Positions 9,736 through 19,825 of a stretch of 64,000 nucleotides of DNA are shown here, piece by piece. The stretch spans positions 1,953-65,952 of the forward strand of contig JBJLBJ010000022.1 of NCBI GenBank assembly GCA_045568235.1, read 5' to 3'. Source of the DNA: Candidatus Thalassarchaeaceae archaeon. Lineage in GTDB: Archaea; Thermoplasmatota; Poseidoniia; Poseidoniales; Thalassarchaeaceae. The position numbers were made by a program, and so were the translations under genes. The notes under the pieces were generated by a model. It was not told the DNA's origin, searched no databases, and was given only the letters and a program-made list of their open reading frames with translations. Position 1 is the first letter of the stretch, and every line of letters begins with the position of its first letter.

Positions 9736-10941
9736 ATGGAAGGGGCAACGATAGAGGAAGCTATCAAGATATCATGCAAATTCCCTTTAAAGAAAAAAAC
9801 CGAAATCGTTTCTTTAGACGATTCAATACATAGAATACTAGCTAATGACATTATATCAAAAGTAAACGATCCACGTTTTGATAATTCATCTATGGACGGC
9901 TGGGCGGTGAAATCAGAAGATTGTAAAAATTATGGTACTAAATTAGAAATAATCGGAACTAATAAAACCGGCAATCACGAAATCCATTCTATAAAATCTG
10001 GACAGGCCTGTAGAATAATGACAGGCGCACCCATGCCCAAGGGTGCAGATGCTATTGTAATAATTGAAGACTCAGATATACGAGAAAACATGGTAATTAT
10101 CAACGGGCCTGCTAGGACTGACTACGTTCGTAAATGTGGTGAAAATATATCTGAAGGAGATAAGTCATTGGCCGTAGGGACTATGTTAAATTCTGCTGAA
10201 ATATCTCTTTCAGCAACAATTGGTTATGATGAATTAGAGGTGATACAAAAACCAAAGATTGCTATAATAAGTAATGGTGATGAACTAGTAAAACCTGGAA
10301 ACACACTCCTTGATGGACAAATATACGAATCAAACTCCTTCGGCCTAGCAGCCTTGGTAAAAAAAATTGGTTGCGAACCAATCAGATTTGAAATTGTACA
10401 AGATTCAATCGAGGGTCTAAGAAATGTATTAGATCAGGCTTCCAGAACATGTGATGCAATACTAACTAGTGGTGGCGTTAGTATGGGAAAATGGGACTTA
10501 GTTAGAAAAATAATGGAGGAAGAAGGAGAGATAAAATTTTGGAAAATAAAAATGAGACCTGGCGGCCCCCCTCTATTTGGAAAATGGAAAGACACTCCAT
10601 TGTTTGGTCTGCCTGGCAACCCAGTTAGTAGCCATGTCGTTTTTACAATGATAGTATTCCCCTGGATATCCTTTTCATTAGGTTTTGATAGAGAAAAAGG
10701 ACCCAAATTAGCCGACAAAGTCAATGTAATATTAAAAGACTCTCTTAAAGGAGCCCCCGATAAAGTATGTTTAAGAAGAATAAAAATTACTAACGAGAAT
10801 GGTATTTTGAAAGCAACAACAAATACCCATCAAGGTAGTGGAAATATTAACAGTATGGTAGTTCACAATGGGTTATCTTTATTGCCTCCCAATAAAGACG
10901 GCAAAATCGGTGAAATAATTGAAGCATTATGGTTAAGATAA
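9736..10941 (+). CDS. moeA: molybdopterin molybdenumtransferase MoeA
   Basis: MoeA architecture with SSMDGWAV, TGAPMP and the GGVSMGKWDLV motif. Confidence 0.8.
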   Translation: MEGATIEEAIKISCKFPLKKKTEIVSLDDSIHRILANDIISKVNDPRFDNSSMDGWAVKSEDCKNYGTKLEIIGTNKTGNHEIHSIKSGQACRIMTGAPMPKGADAIVIIEDSDIRENMVIINGPARTDYVRKCGENISEGDKSLAVGTMLNSAEISLSATIGYDELEVIQKPKIAIISNGDELVKPGNTLLDGQIYESNSFGLAALVKKIGCEPIRFEIVQDSIEGLRNVLDQASRTCDAILTSGGVSMGKWDLVRKIMEEEGEIKFWKIKMRPGGPPLFGKWKDTPLFGLPGNPVSSHVVFTMIVFPWISFSLGFDREKGPKLADKVNVILKDSLKGAPDKVCLRRIKITNENGILKATTNTHQGSGNINSMVVHNGLSLLPPNKDGKIGEIIEALWLR

Positions 10942-11018
10942 CGAAATCATTGTTTTGATTTTACAACCATGAATTCAAGGGCAATAGTTGCTTCGACTAA
11001 TTGTATTGGAGGTGGTAT

Positions 11019-13991
11019 ATGATGTCAATTAAAAAAAACTCTAATCAAGAAGATTGGATAGAAGTAAGGGGGGCACGCACTCACAATTTGAAAGATATTG
11101 ATGTAGATATACCAAGGAGTAAATTTGTTGTTTTAACTGGTGTTTCAGGATCAGGAAAATCTTCTTTAGCTTTTGACACGTTATATGCTGAAGGGCAGAG
11201 AAGATATGTTGAAAGTTTAAGTTCCTATGCTCGTCAATTTTTAGGACAAATGAAAAAACCAGACTGCGACTCAATAGAAGGATTATCTCCTGCAATTAGT
11301 ATCGATCAGAAGCAAGGTAGCCACAACCCTCGTTCCACAGTAGCAACCGTAACAGAAATGATGGATTATATGCGTCTATTGTGGGCCAGAGTAGGAATTC
11401 CACATTGTCCCGATTGTGGTAATGAAGTTGCTAGAAGAACTATCCAAGAAATAGTAGACGATGTAATGTGGCGATTTGAAAACCATGCTTTAGCAATCTG
11501 GAGCCCTACAGTACGTAATCGAAAGGGCACTCATCAGGATCTATTCAGAGGTTTAGTAGAGCAGGGATATTTGGAAGGCAAAGTAAATGGCCGAGAGGCC
11601 AGTTTTGAAAATCCTCCTATTTTAGAAAAGAATTTAAGACACGATATTGATATTAGAATAGATAGACTACAAACCTCAAGAGAAAACAGACAAAGACTAA
11701 CAGAAGCAATCGATGCAGGATTACGTTTGGGTGGAGGAATAGTAGCGGTAGAAAGTATAAAACAACCAACAAACAACACTCAAATTAATGGGGAAAAATC
11801 TAAAATTAAAAAAGGTGAAATTATAGCATACTCGGAAGAATTTGCTTGCCCTGAGCACGGCTCTTTCTTACCTGAAATGTCACCTCGAGTATTTTCATTC
11901 AACAATCCACTAGGAGCATGTCCGGCCTGTCAAGGACTAGGCGTCCAAAGAACATTTTCAGCAGAATTAATTATAGATAAAACATCAACTGTCGAAGAAG
12001 GATGTATTATTCCCTTTCGTAGATCAATGATGTCTGGCTGGTATAGAAAACAAATGATACAAACCTGTAACCATTATCAAATTCCGATAAATATACCATT
12101 CCAAGAATTAGACGAAGACTCATGCGATATTTTATTAAATGGTTCAGGAAGCACTTCGATAAAATTTGAATTTTCCTCTGAAGGAGGATCTACATACAAG
12201 ATGTCAAAACCATGGGAAGGAGTTTATTCTAGGTTGAATAGAACGTATACCGATACTAGCTCAGATCGTACTAGATCGAGACTAACTTCATACATGACTG
12301 ATAAACCATGCTTGGATTGCAATGGCCAAAAATTGAATTCCGCAGTGAGTGGTGTTATTGTTGGAGGAGTTTCTCTACCAGAAATATCTGCTTGTAGTGT
12401 ATTGGAAGCTTTAGCAGTAGTACAGAAATGGCGTTTAGATAATAATGAAGAAACTTGGGAAAAATTAGGAAGGAAAAAACCAAACACAAACACAGTTGTA
12501 AAAGCAACCAATTTAGATGATAAATCGATTTATATTGGGCATGATATCATCAAAGAGATAGAATCGCGATTACGATTTTTAGCATTGGTAGGCCTCGATT
12601 ATCTAACACTAGATCGCCGTGCAAATACTCTTTCAGGTGGCGAATCTCAAAGAATAAGGCTTGCTACTCAAATAGGAACTAGATTGACAGGCGTAATGTA
12701 TGTTCTAGATGAACCTAGTATAGGTCTGCACCCAAGAGATAACGGCCGATTATTAGAGACACTGAGAGAATTAACGGATTTGGGCAACACATTACTTGTT
12801 GTTGAACACGATGAAGCTACAATGAGACAAGCTGATTGGATCGTTGATATTGGCCCAGGAGCGGGTAAAGAAGGCGGACAAATATTGGTAAGCGGTACAA
12901 TAGAGGATTTACTTAAAAATAAAGAAAGCGTTACTAGTGCTTATTTGTCGGGTAAATCCTTTATTCCATTGCCAAAAGATAGATACACACCCAAAAAAAA
13001 TTATTGGATAAAAATTAACGGAGCTAAACAAAATAATCTACAGAATATAGATGTTAATATCCCATTAGGATGCTTTGTTGTATTCACAGGAGTTTCGGGT
13101 TCAGGAAAATCATCTCTTGTTACATCCACTTTAGCGCCCGCACTTCTTAGACAGTTACATGATTCTGATATTGCACCAGGCCTTCATGACAGTATTGAAG
13201 GTTTGGAAAATATAGACAAAGCGATCGTAATTAATCAATCTCCAATTGGCCGTACTCCTAGATCAAACCCTGCAACATATACAGGACTGTTTACGCCAAT
13301 TAGAGATCTATTTTCTCAGACTAATATTTCTAAAGAACGTGGATATGGGCCAGGACAATTTTCATTTAATGTAAAAGGTGGTCGGTGTGAGTCTTGTAAG
13401 GGCGCAGGGTCTTCAAAACTTGAAATGAATTTTTTACCAGACGTTTGGGTAACATGTGATGTTTGTAAAGGCAAAAGATATACTCGAGAAACATTAGAGG
13501 TTTTATGGCGTGGTAAAACAATACACGATATTTTAGAAATGAATGTAGATGAAGCATGTACATTTTTTAATAATCAGAAATCAATTTACAGAATCCTCTC
13601 AACTTTGCAAGATGTAGGTTTGGGATATATTCGTCTTGGACAGCCTGCTACAACTCTTTCAGGAGGAGAAGCACAAAGAGTAAAATTGGCTACAGAATTG
13701 CATAAAGTACCTAGAAAACATACAATGTACATATTAGATGAGCCTACAACCGGGTTGGCATTATCTGATGTACATCAATTAATAGACGTATTACTCAGAT
13801 TACGTAGAAACGGCCACACTGTAATAGTAATCGAACATCACTTAGACGTTATTAAATGTGCAGACTGGGTAATTGACCTTGGTCCAGAAGGAGGAGAAAG
13901 AGGAGGTCATATTATAGCCCAAGGTACTCCACAACAAATTTCTAACAATCTTAATAGTTTTACAGGCAAACATCTTCTAAATTTATTGTAA
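11019..13991 (+). CDS. uvrA: excinuclease ABC subunit A (UvrA)
   Basis: IEVRGARTHNLKDIDVDIPR, two ABC ATPase modules (GVSGSGKSSLAFDTLYAEGQRRYVESLS; VFTGVSGSGKSSL), LSGGE signatures and zinc-finger Cys clusters. About 990 aa. Confidence 0.9.
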   Translation: MMSIKKNSNQEDWIEVRGARTHNLKDIDVDIPRSKFVVLTGVSGSGKSSLAFDTLYAEGQRRYVESLSSYARQFLGQMKKPDCDSIEGLSPAISIDQKQGSHNPRSTVATVTEMMDYMRLLWARVGIPHCPDCGNEVARRTIQEIVDDVMWRFENHALAIWSPTVRNRKGTHQDLFRGLVEQGYLEGKVNGREASFENPPILEKNLRHDIDIRIDRLQTSRENRQRLTEAIDAGLRLGGGIVAVESIKQPTNNTQINGEKSKIKKGEIIAYSEEFACPEHGSFLPEMSPRVFSFNNPLGACPACQGLGVQRTFSAELIIDKTSTVEEGCIIPFRRSMMSGWYRKQMIQTCNHYQIPINIPFQELDEDSCDILLNGSGSTSIKFEFSSEGGSTYKMSKPWEGVYSRLNRTYTDTSSDRTRSRLTSYMTDKPCLDCNGQKLNSAVSGVIVGGVSLPEISACSVLEALAVVQKWRLDNNEETWEKLGRKKPNTNTVVKATNLDDKSIYIGHDIIKEIESRLRFLALVGLDYLTLDRRANTLSGGESQRIRLATQIGTRLTGVMYVLDEPSIGLHPRDNGRLLETLRELTDLGNTLLVVEHDEATMRQADWIVDIGPGAGKEGGQILVSGTIEDLLKNKESVTSAYLSGKSFIPLPKDRYTPKKNYWIKINGAKQNNLQNIDVNIPLGCFVVFTGVSGSGKSSLVTSTLAPALLRQLHDSDIAPGLHDSIEGLENIDKAIVINQSPIGRTPRSNPATYTGLFTPIRDLFSQTNISKERGYGPGQFSFNVKGGRCESCKGAGSSKLEMNFLPDVWVTCDVCKGKRYTRETLEVLWRGKTIHDILEMNVDEACTFFNNQKSIYRILSTLQDVGLGYIRLGQPATTLSGGEAQRVKLATELHKVPRKHTMYILDEPTTGLALSDVHQLIDVLLRLRRNGHTVIVIEHHLDVIKCADWVIDLGPEGGERGGHIIAQGTPQQISNNLNSFTGKHLLNLL

Positions 13992-13997
13992 TCATGG

Positions 13998-14072
13998 CGG
14001 GCGCGGCAGGATTCGAACCCGCGGTCCCTGGCTTAGGAGGCCAGTGCATTATCCAGGCTATGCTACACGCCC
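13998..14072 (-). tRNA. tRNA-Arg (anticodon CCU)
   Basis: Manually folded from the reverse complement: GGGCGUG/CGCGCCC acceptor stem (one G-U pair), D-arm GCAU..AUGC, anticodon stem CUGGC/GCCAG with loop CUCCUAA (U33, anticodon CCU, A37), T-arm GCGGG-UUCGAAU-CCUGC, discriminator G. CCA appears to be encoded (TGG at 13995-13997). 75 nt, no intron. Confidence 0.85.
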
Positions 14073-14174
14073 GTTTTACCGAAGACGCCCCTCTCAAGAA
14101 ATGTATTGTTATACATGACATTTTTAATACATTTAAGCCGATAGCATAAACTTCATGATGCCTTTCGAACAATC

Positions 14175-15641
14175 ATGAGCAAAGAGTCCGAACTACCGAC
14201 CCCCTATGGCATCGGTAGTACCTATGGTGCGGGAAATCAAAACTCATTATATCGAAGAGTAAATGCAAGAGATACAGGAAGAAAGTTATGGACCAGAATC
14301 GCCTCTTATAGAGCACTACAACAAATTCGCATTTCTCTTCTATTATTAGCACCGATTTATACTACTTTAAATTATTTTAAATTTGAAAATACAGACGTTA
14401 GAATTAGTATAGTATTATTTGTAATTATTTTTTTATTATTTATTCCTAGCTTCTTAGCAATAATATTTGCTCAGATGTCAGCCAGGGACAGATTGCAATT
14501 GAAAACTTCAGAAGGTAAAAAATCAATGAATTCAATACCCGGTACAGAACGGATCATAAACTCTCTTCGAGAAAGGCGTGTTTTAGAAACGACACGGCTA
14601 CTAGCCCCGTTATTTAGTGCCATTTTACTTTACTTCATATCTTCATTTCAAACAGATATAATCTTAGGCTCAATACTCAATGGTTCAGCAGTTCTCTTAG
14701 GTATATTTTGTTTTTTACTATCTATATCTCTTGATTCAACGGAAATACCAATGCGAGATAATCAGTTTCCATTATTATCTTTACATGCACCAACATTACA
14801 TCACAGCGCTCTTGAAAAAGTTATTACTGAAATATTAATAGCTCATTTAGACCCAGAAACAGCATCATATTTTGAGGAATGGATTAATTCTTTGAAAAAT
14901 AAAGTTAGAAGACATACTAACCCCGAAGAAGCGGTAGAATATTTACTCAGGACCTTGCATCTCAATTCACTTAATTTATTAGATGAAAATAGAATGTTTA
15001 CAGAAATAAAAAGGGTGTTTAAAGTCTCAGCAGTAGACGATTTAAAATCAGATACAAAATTTAATTTAAATTCTTTACAAATACTTCTTCAACACACTAA
15101 AAGTTGGCAACCTTCCTTTTTTAGGGTTATAGATAGACTAGTGGGGGACGTTCAAAGAGGACACTCATCTATCGTAGAAGATGAATGGAGAATGGATTTA
15201 GAAATCCCTCCATTGGCCTCCGAGGGACAAACCGATTTAATCGTCATGGTACATAATTTTTCAAGAAAAGAAAGAATAATAGAAATAGAAATAATTTCTG
15301 CTGAAGGAGCGCCCACCACTCAAGCAATTAGACTACAGTCCCCAACTTCCAAGCGACTAAGATCTTCTATAGACCTAGGAGAAGGAGACGAAGACCTTGT
15401 CAACGCCCTCACAGAAAAATTAGATAATTGTGTAACGTTGTGGGTTGGTTTGGCATGGCCTAATACCGTTTCAGGAAGCCGACCTGTCCAAATAAACCTC
15501 AATTTAGATACCGGTGAAACCTTGATTAGTACGGTAGTAAACACTGCTATCTCCGCAGGAGCACATGCCGAAAGTGCTGGTAACAAAATGATTGACGCCG
15601 CATCATCAGTTAGAGAATTGGCATTAAGTTTTGCAGAATAG
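14175..15641 (+). CDS. hypothetical membrane protein (about 4 N-terminal TM helices plus a soluble C-terminal domain)
   Basis: 488 aa ORF with hydrophobic segments in the first 200 aa and no recognisable catalytic motif. Its stop overlaps the start region of the downstream flavoprotein-like gene, suggesting translational coupling. Confidence 0.4.
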   Translation: MSKESELPTPYGIGSTYGAGNQNSLYRRVNARDTGRKLWTRIASYRALQQIRISLLLLAPIYTTLNYFKFENTDVRISIVLFVIIFLLFIPSFLAIIFAQMSARDRLQLKTSEGKKSMNSIPGTERIINSLRERRVLETTRLLAPLFSAILLYFISSFQTDIILGSILNGSAVLLGIFCFLLSISLDSTEIPMRDNQFPLLSLHAPTLHHSALEKVITEILIAHLDPETASYFEEWINSLKNKVRRHTNPEEAVEYLLRTLHLNSLNLLDENRMFTEIKRVFKVSAVDDLKSDTKFNLNSLQILLQHTKSWQPSFFRVIDRLVGDVQRGHSSIVEDEWRMDLEIPPLASEGQTDLIVMVHNFSRKERIIEIEIISAEGAPTTQAIRLQSPTSKRLRSSIDLGEGDEDLVNALTEKLDNCVTLWVGLAWPNTVSGSRPVQINLNLDTGETLISTVVNTAISAGAHAESAGNKMIDAASSVRELALSFAE

Positions 15642-15676
15642 TGTGTACCAATAAAGAAACTTCATCCGTCACGTTC

Positions 15677-17122
15677 ATGACATTATTGTTCCTGCGGAAG
15701 CACATGGAGTCTTGGGAAGTCGTAGTCATTGGAGGTAATCCAGCCGCACTTCGTGCAGCCATATCGGCTTCAGATGGCGGTGCAAGCACATTATTAATTG
15801 ATAGTGCAGGAATAGGTTCTAGACAAGGAAATCCACCATATGCGGGGTTAGCTGCAAGCTTAGGTGAAATCGATTCATCCGCACATCGTGATGATACTAT
15901 TTTAGCAGGAGGAGAAAAAACAAATAAAATATCAGCAGCAAATTTTTGCGGTCAAGCCGTCTCAATAGTTGCAGAATTAGAAAGATGGGGACTTATATTT
16001 AGACGAGATAAAGAAGGATTACCATACTGTTCTAGCGTACCTGGACATAGTAAAGCAAGATTAACAGGTTCTGGCGATTCAACAGTACGTGAAATTACAA
16101 GAATACTAGAAGAACAAACAATAAAAAGAAAAATCACTAGGAGATTTGACTGCCAAGCGATATCTATTATTTCAGATAATCAACAAGTAAGAGGACTTGT
16201 TTATCTAGATATAATTTCAGGAGAAGTGAATGCAATACAAGCAAAATCAATTATACTTGCTACAGAAGGTTATGAAGGACTATGGCAATCATCAGTCGCA
16301 GGTCCTGGGACAGGATTAGCTCTAGCAATAACATCGGGAATACCTTTACAGGGCATTAGTAATTTCCCGGTACATCCCCTGACAATCAAAGGAACCAACA
16401 TGCATTTGCCTATGGATATTCTAGATACAGGCGGCCAATTAAGAAAACCAAATGGAGATAATGCACTACCAAGTGAAGTTTTAGAAGAAAATTGTGTTTT
16501 GGATTTAAGAAAAATGAACCAAGAGGATAAGCTTTGGTATAAAAATACATTATTGAATATAAAGAATAGGACTAATTTAGACATAAATACAGATGTTATA
16601 CCCATATCTCCGTCTGTGGTAACAACTGGAGGAATACCTATTGATTCCAATGGCCGAGTTACAATTAATGAAGGTAAATTGTGGTTCACTGGTCTTTTTG
16701 CTGCTGGACAATCATCCAACAATGGCATGCATGGAAATGGATTATTGCCGGGAAATTTGTTATTATATGCTCTTTCATCAGGAAAAATAGCCGGCTCAAG
16801 TGCATCAACATGGGCGGTTAGAGAAAGTTTTTCCAACTCTTCCTTGGTTAAATTAGAGGAACAAAAATCTTTGAACAATCTAAATAAAATACATAATCCG
16901 GAAGGCAAAACAGTTGGTCAAATCTCAACAATTTTAAACTCTCTTGCAACTGATTTATTTATCAATCCGGATGAAATTACAGGAATCAAAAAATCTTTCA
17001 ATAAACTACAAGAAAGTGGCATTAGGATTACAGATACATCTAAAGCGATGAACACTGAATTATTGTCGGCCATACAAGTTCAAAATCTGATATTGATATT
17101 AGGAAAAATACTTTTAAAATAA
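15677..17122 (+). CDS. divergent FAD-dependent oxidoreductase of the succinate dehydrogenase/fumarate reductase/L-aspartate oxidase (SdhA/NadB) family
   Basis: Shares family blocks (EVVVIGG..AAL, ELERWGLIFRRDKEG, GHSKARLTGSGDSTVREITRIL, GLFAAGQSS..HGNGLL) with SdhA/NadB. The dinucleotide-binding motif is degenerate (GGNPAA) and the conserved active-site Arg after the HG motif is missing. The track ORF begins at a GTG at 15641; the first ATG is at 15677. Confidence 0.5.
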   Translation: MTLLFLRKHMESWEVVVIGGNPAALRAAISASDGGASTLLIDSAGIGSRQGNPPYAGLAASLGEIDSSAHRDDTILAGGEKTNKISAANFCGQAVSIVAELERWGLIFRRDKEGLPYCSSVPGHSKARLTGSGDSTVREITRILEEQTIKRKITRRFDCQAISIISDNQQVRGLVYLDIISGEVNAIQAKSIILATEGYEGLWQSSVAGPGTGLALAITSGIPLQGISNFPVHPLTIKGTNMHLPMDILDTGGQLRKPNGDNALPSEVLEENCVLDLRKMNQEDKLWYKNTLLNIKNRTNLDINTDVIPISPSVVTTGGIPIDSNGRVTINEGKLWFTGLFAAGQSSNNGMHGNGLLPGNLLLYALSSGKIAGSSASTWAVRESFSNSSLVKLEEQKSLNNLNKIHNPEGKTVGQISTILNSLATDLFINPDEITGIKKSFNKLQESGIRITDTSKAMNTELLSAIQVQNLILILGKILLK

Positions 17123-17568
17123 TGGGAAAGGATATTTTGTCGAAAGAACAGACCATATTTTCTTTGATCATTGATGGTACAATACCATCTTATAAATTAT
17201 ATGAAGATGAATTAGTTATAGCAATTTTAGACATAAATCCATTTAGTCCGGGACATACTCTGATTATACCAAAAGAAGAGGCCACAACATTGGATAAACT
17301 ATCCACCAAATCAGCATCTGCAATTGGTGCAATATTGCCTAAGTTATCAAGGGCTATTTTAGACATAACCGGCGCAAAAGAATTTAATGTATTACAAAAT
17401 AACGGTGTAAACGCTTACCAATCCGTTTTTCATGTTCATTTCCACATTATACCTAAATATGAAGATGGACGTGGCCTTCAATTCCCATTCCAATCTTCCC
17501 CCATAGATCATGATAAAGCAACATTGTTGTCTGAAAAAATATATCAACGGATTTTAGAAGGGATATAG
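17122..17568 (+). CDS. HIT-family (histidine triad) nucleotide hydrolase
   Basis: FHVHFHIIP histidine-triad motif, 148 aa, HINT-like. Confidence 0.75.
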   Translation: MGKDILSKEQTIFSLIIDGTIPSYKLYEDELVIAILDINPFSPGHTLIIPKEEATTLDKLSTKSASAIGAILPKLSRAILDITGAKEFNVLQNNGVNAYQSVFHVHFHIIPKYEDGRGLQFPFQSSPIDHDKATLLSEKIYQRILEGI

Positions 17569-17596
17569 TCTAAACCAACAACCTCTTGAGATAATC

Positions 17597-19099
17597 ATGG
17601 AAGGCGATTCTACTCTCCCAAAAGATATCGCCCCTGAACTATCTAAAAGTGCTAAAAAATTTAATATGCGTAGATTAGAATCGGTTCCTTGGGCCCACGA
17701 TGGTACACACCCAGGCTCAGGATGGTTTTGGAAATTTTTGACTACCATTCTTTTAATTCCCTGGGCTTATTTATTTCGAAGAAAAGAAGTAGAAAAACCC
17801 TTTCAAACCGATGGTGGTAGACTGTGTGTTGCCACCCATGTAAATGGTTTAGTAGATCCTATTTCTATTACAATGAGTAATCCAAACCAAAGAATGGTCA
17901 CCCTAGGGAGGCATGATTTGACTACCTCAGTCCCAGTGATAAGTTGGATAGCAAGACGTATTGGTTCACAACCAGTAATTAGGAAAGCAGAACAAATGGA
18001 AGGTATAGCGGAAGCAGAATTTGCTCATTATTTAAATCAAAGAAGTATGCTTACTGTAGCACACGCACTTTCGGGAGGATATTGTGCAATAATTATGCCT
18101 GAAGGAATAGGCCATCAAGATTCACAATTAAGACACCTTAGAACTGGTTCTATGAGGTCCGCAATAAATGCTGCATCTATTGCAAAGGAGCGCAACATAC
18201 CGCCTCCGGTTTTTCAGCCTATAGGATTGCATTTTAGGGTTCATTATTGGTTTAGAACGGATTTATATTTAGAGCAAATAGAACCAATTCCAGTACCGCA
18301 TAATCCAATATCAGAAGATAGGAAAAAATTAATGCAAGGGATTTGGATAGAACCTCCAGAGGAGTTAGTAATAAAATTAAGAGATGAACTAACGAGTAAA
18401 CTAGCACCTATATCAAGAGATGCACCAGACTGGGAAACCTACAGATCTTGGCAGTTACTTGCTCACCTTCTCTCTATTGATAAAAAAATAGAATTATCTA
18501 GTTACAAACAAGAGGTTCTTGCAACAAGGAATGTAAGAGAAAAAATACGAGCAACACCGAATTCAGTATTAGAAGAAAATGCAAAAGAGGCTTCAAAAAT
18601 TTTGCATTCATATAATTTAGATGGTCGTGTAATAAACAGCAATATTACAATCAAAGATAAACCAAATTTGATTAAGGCATTTTTTGGTTCGGTTATTATG
18701 GCACTTTGCGCTCCCATAACTCTTACATCCACTGGAATACAAGCCTTGTTTGCTTGGTATCTTGGCAATAAAACAGATGAAGGAATAGATGCGAGAACAA
18801 CCTATCATATGATAGCCGCCTTAATTTCTCCACTAATATTTTGGCCATTAATATCTTTAGTATATTTTTATATTTTCAACCAAATGATTTATGACATACC
18901 AATTTTCATTTTTCCTATTTTCTTACTCATTTCCATTTTCATATGTCACTATTGCAATCTTTTATTTTTAATTGGTTATGATATGTGGACAGATTATAAA
19001 TTTATATATAGATCTAAAAAATTACAAAAATCTCAAGATGGATTAAAACTAATTAAATTAATTAAAGAAATAAATACAAATTTAGACGTACTAAAATAG
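17597..19099 (+). CDS. PlsC/LPLAT-family acyltransferase-like membrane protein
   Basis: N-terminal domain with the acyltransferase motifs ATHVNGLVDP (HX4-5D), IMPEGIGHQD (FPEG-like) and PVFQPIGLHF (motif IV). The C-terminal 200 aa are strongly hydrophobic. Confidence 0.4.
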   Translation: MEGDSTLPKDIAPELSKSAKKFNMRRLESVPWAHDGTHPGSGWFWKFLTTILLIPWAYLFRRKEVEKPFQTDGGRLCVATHVNGLVDPISITMSNPNQRMVTLGRHDLTTSVPVISWIARRIGSQPVIRKAEQMEGIAEAEFAHYLNQRSMLTVAHALSGGYCAIIMPEGIGHQDSQLRHLRTGSMRSAINAASIAKERNIPPPVFQPIGLHFRVHYWFRTDLYLEQIEPIPVPHNPISEDRKKLMQGIWIEPPEELVIKLRDELTSKLAPISRDAPDWETYRSWQLLAHLLSIDKKIELSSYKQEVLATRNVREKIRATPNSVLEENAKEASKILHSYNLDGRVINSNITIKDKPNLIKAFFGSVIMALCAPITLTSTGIQALFAWYLGNKTDEGIDARTTYHMIAALISPLIFWPLISLVYFYIFNQMIYDIPIFIFPIFLLISIFICHYCNLLFLIGYDMWTDYKFIYRSKKLQKSQDGLKLIKLIKEINTNLDVLK

Positions 19100-19100
19100 G

Positions 19101-19742
19101 ATGCCCCAGTCATATGTTATTGTGAACGCACAAGACGCAATCAATTCTATTAAAAATTGGCTCAATAGCGAGAGCCTTGAATATAAAGAAATTAATGATA
19201 ACCAAGCTCTAATCCATTTACATTGTAAATATCCACCTACACGCCAAGGTCATATTTTCAATATTGTTATTCCGAAGAGAAGAAATTTAATTTTAATTTA
19301 CACCATTACCAGAGTCGATGAAGGGCAACAAAAAATTATGATTGAACAGTCTAATACAGATAGAGAAGAATGGGAGTATTGGCTCCATAAAACAAGGTTA
19401 GAATTAACAAATAGTGATTTAGATTGGGTTTTACATATTGGCCATAAAAGTGACAAATCAGGTCCTTTACAAGCATTTAATCTGTCTCGACCAATATGGT
19501 TTGATGGACTCAATCAAAATGAATTTATGCATACAATGCGTAAACTTTGGCTAATAAAATTATCATTAATCCATAAAATAAAATTTACGTTTGGTAAAGG
19601 AATTGGGAAGCCGGGGCCAGTAGATGATTGGACATCAAGAACAGCTAAAAAAACATCAATAACAGAATCCGACAAAACTCAAATAGATACAGATGAATCT
19701 GGTGGTTTTGGAAAAGAATTTGATCCTTCAAAATGGATTTAA
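19101..19742 (+). CDS. hypothetical protein
   Basis: 213 aa ORF tightly packed after the acyltransferase-like gene. No recognisable motifs. Confidence 0.35.
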   Translation: MPQSYVIVNAQDAINSIKNWLNSESLEYKEINDNQALIHLHCKYPPTRQGHIFNIVIPKRRNLILIYTITRVDEGQQKIMIEQSNTDREEWEYWLHKTRLELTNSDLDWVLHIGHKSDKSGPLQAFNLSRPIWFDGLNQNEFMHTMRKLWLIKLSLIHKIKFTFGKGIGKPGPVDDWTSRTAKKTSITESDKTQIDTDESGGFGKEFDPSKWI

Positions 19743-19825
19743 TTTACTAAAAAAATATTAATTATTATCTAATTTATGACCGCAAAGGGGTTTAGTTAAG
19801 TATCTGAAAAACTTCACAACAACTA

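Noticed and set aside
14073-14174. Looked for the tRNA-Arg promoter (BRE/TATA) upstream of the tRNA 5' end
   Set aside because: AT-rich runs (for example ATTAAAAA around 14110-14120 on the minus strand) are present. Spacing to the mature 5' end (about 40 nt) is not canonical enough to call a TATA box with confidence.
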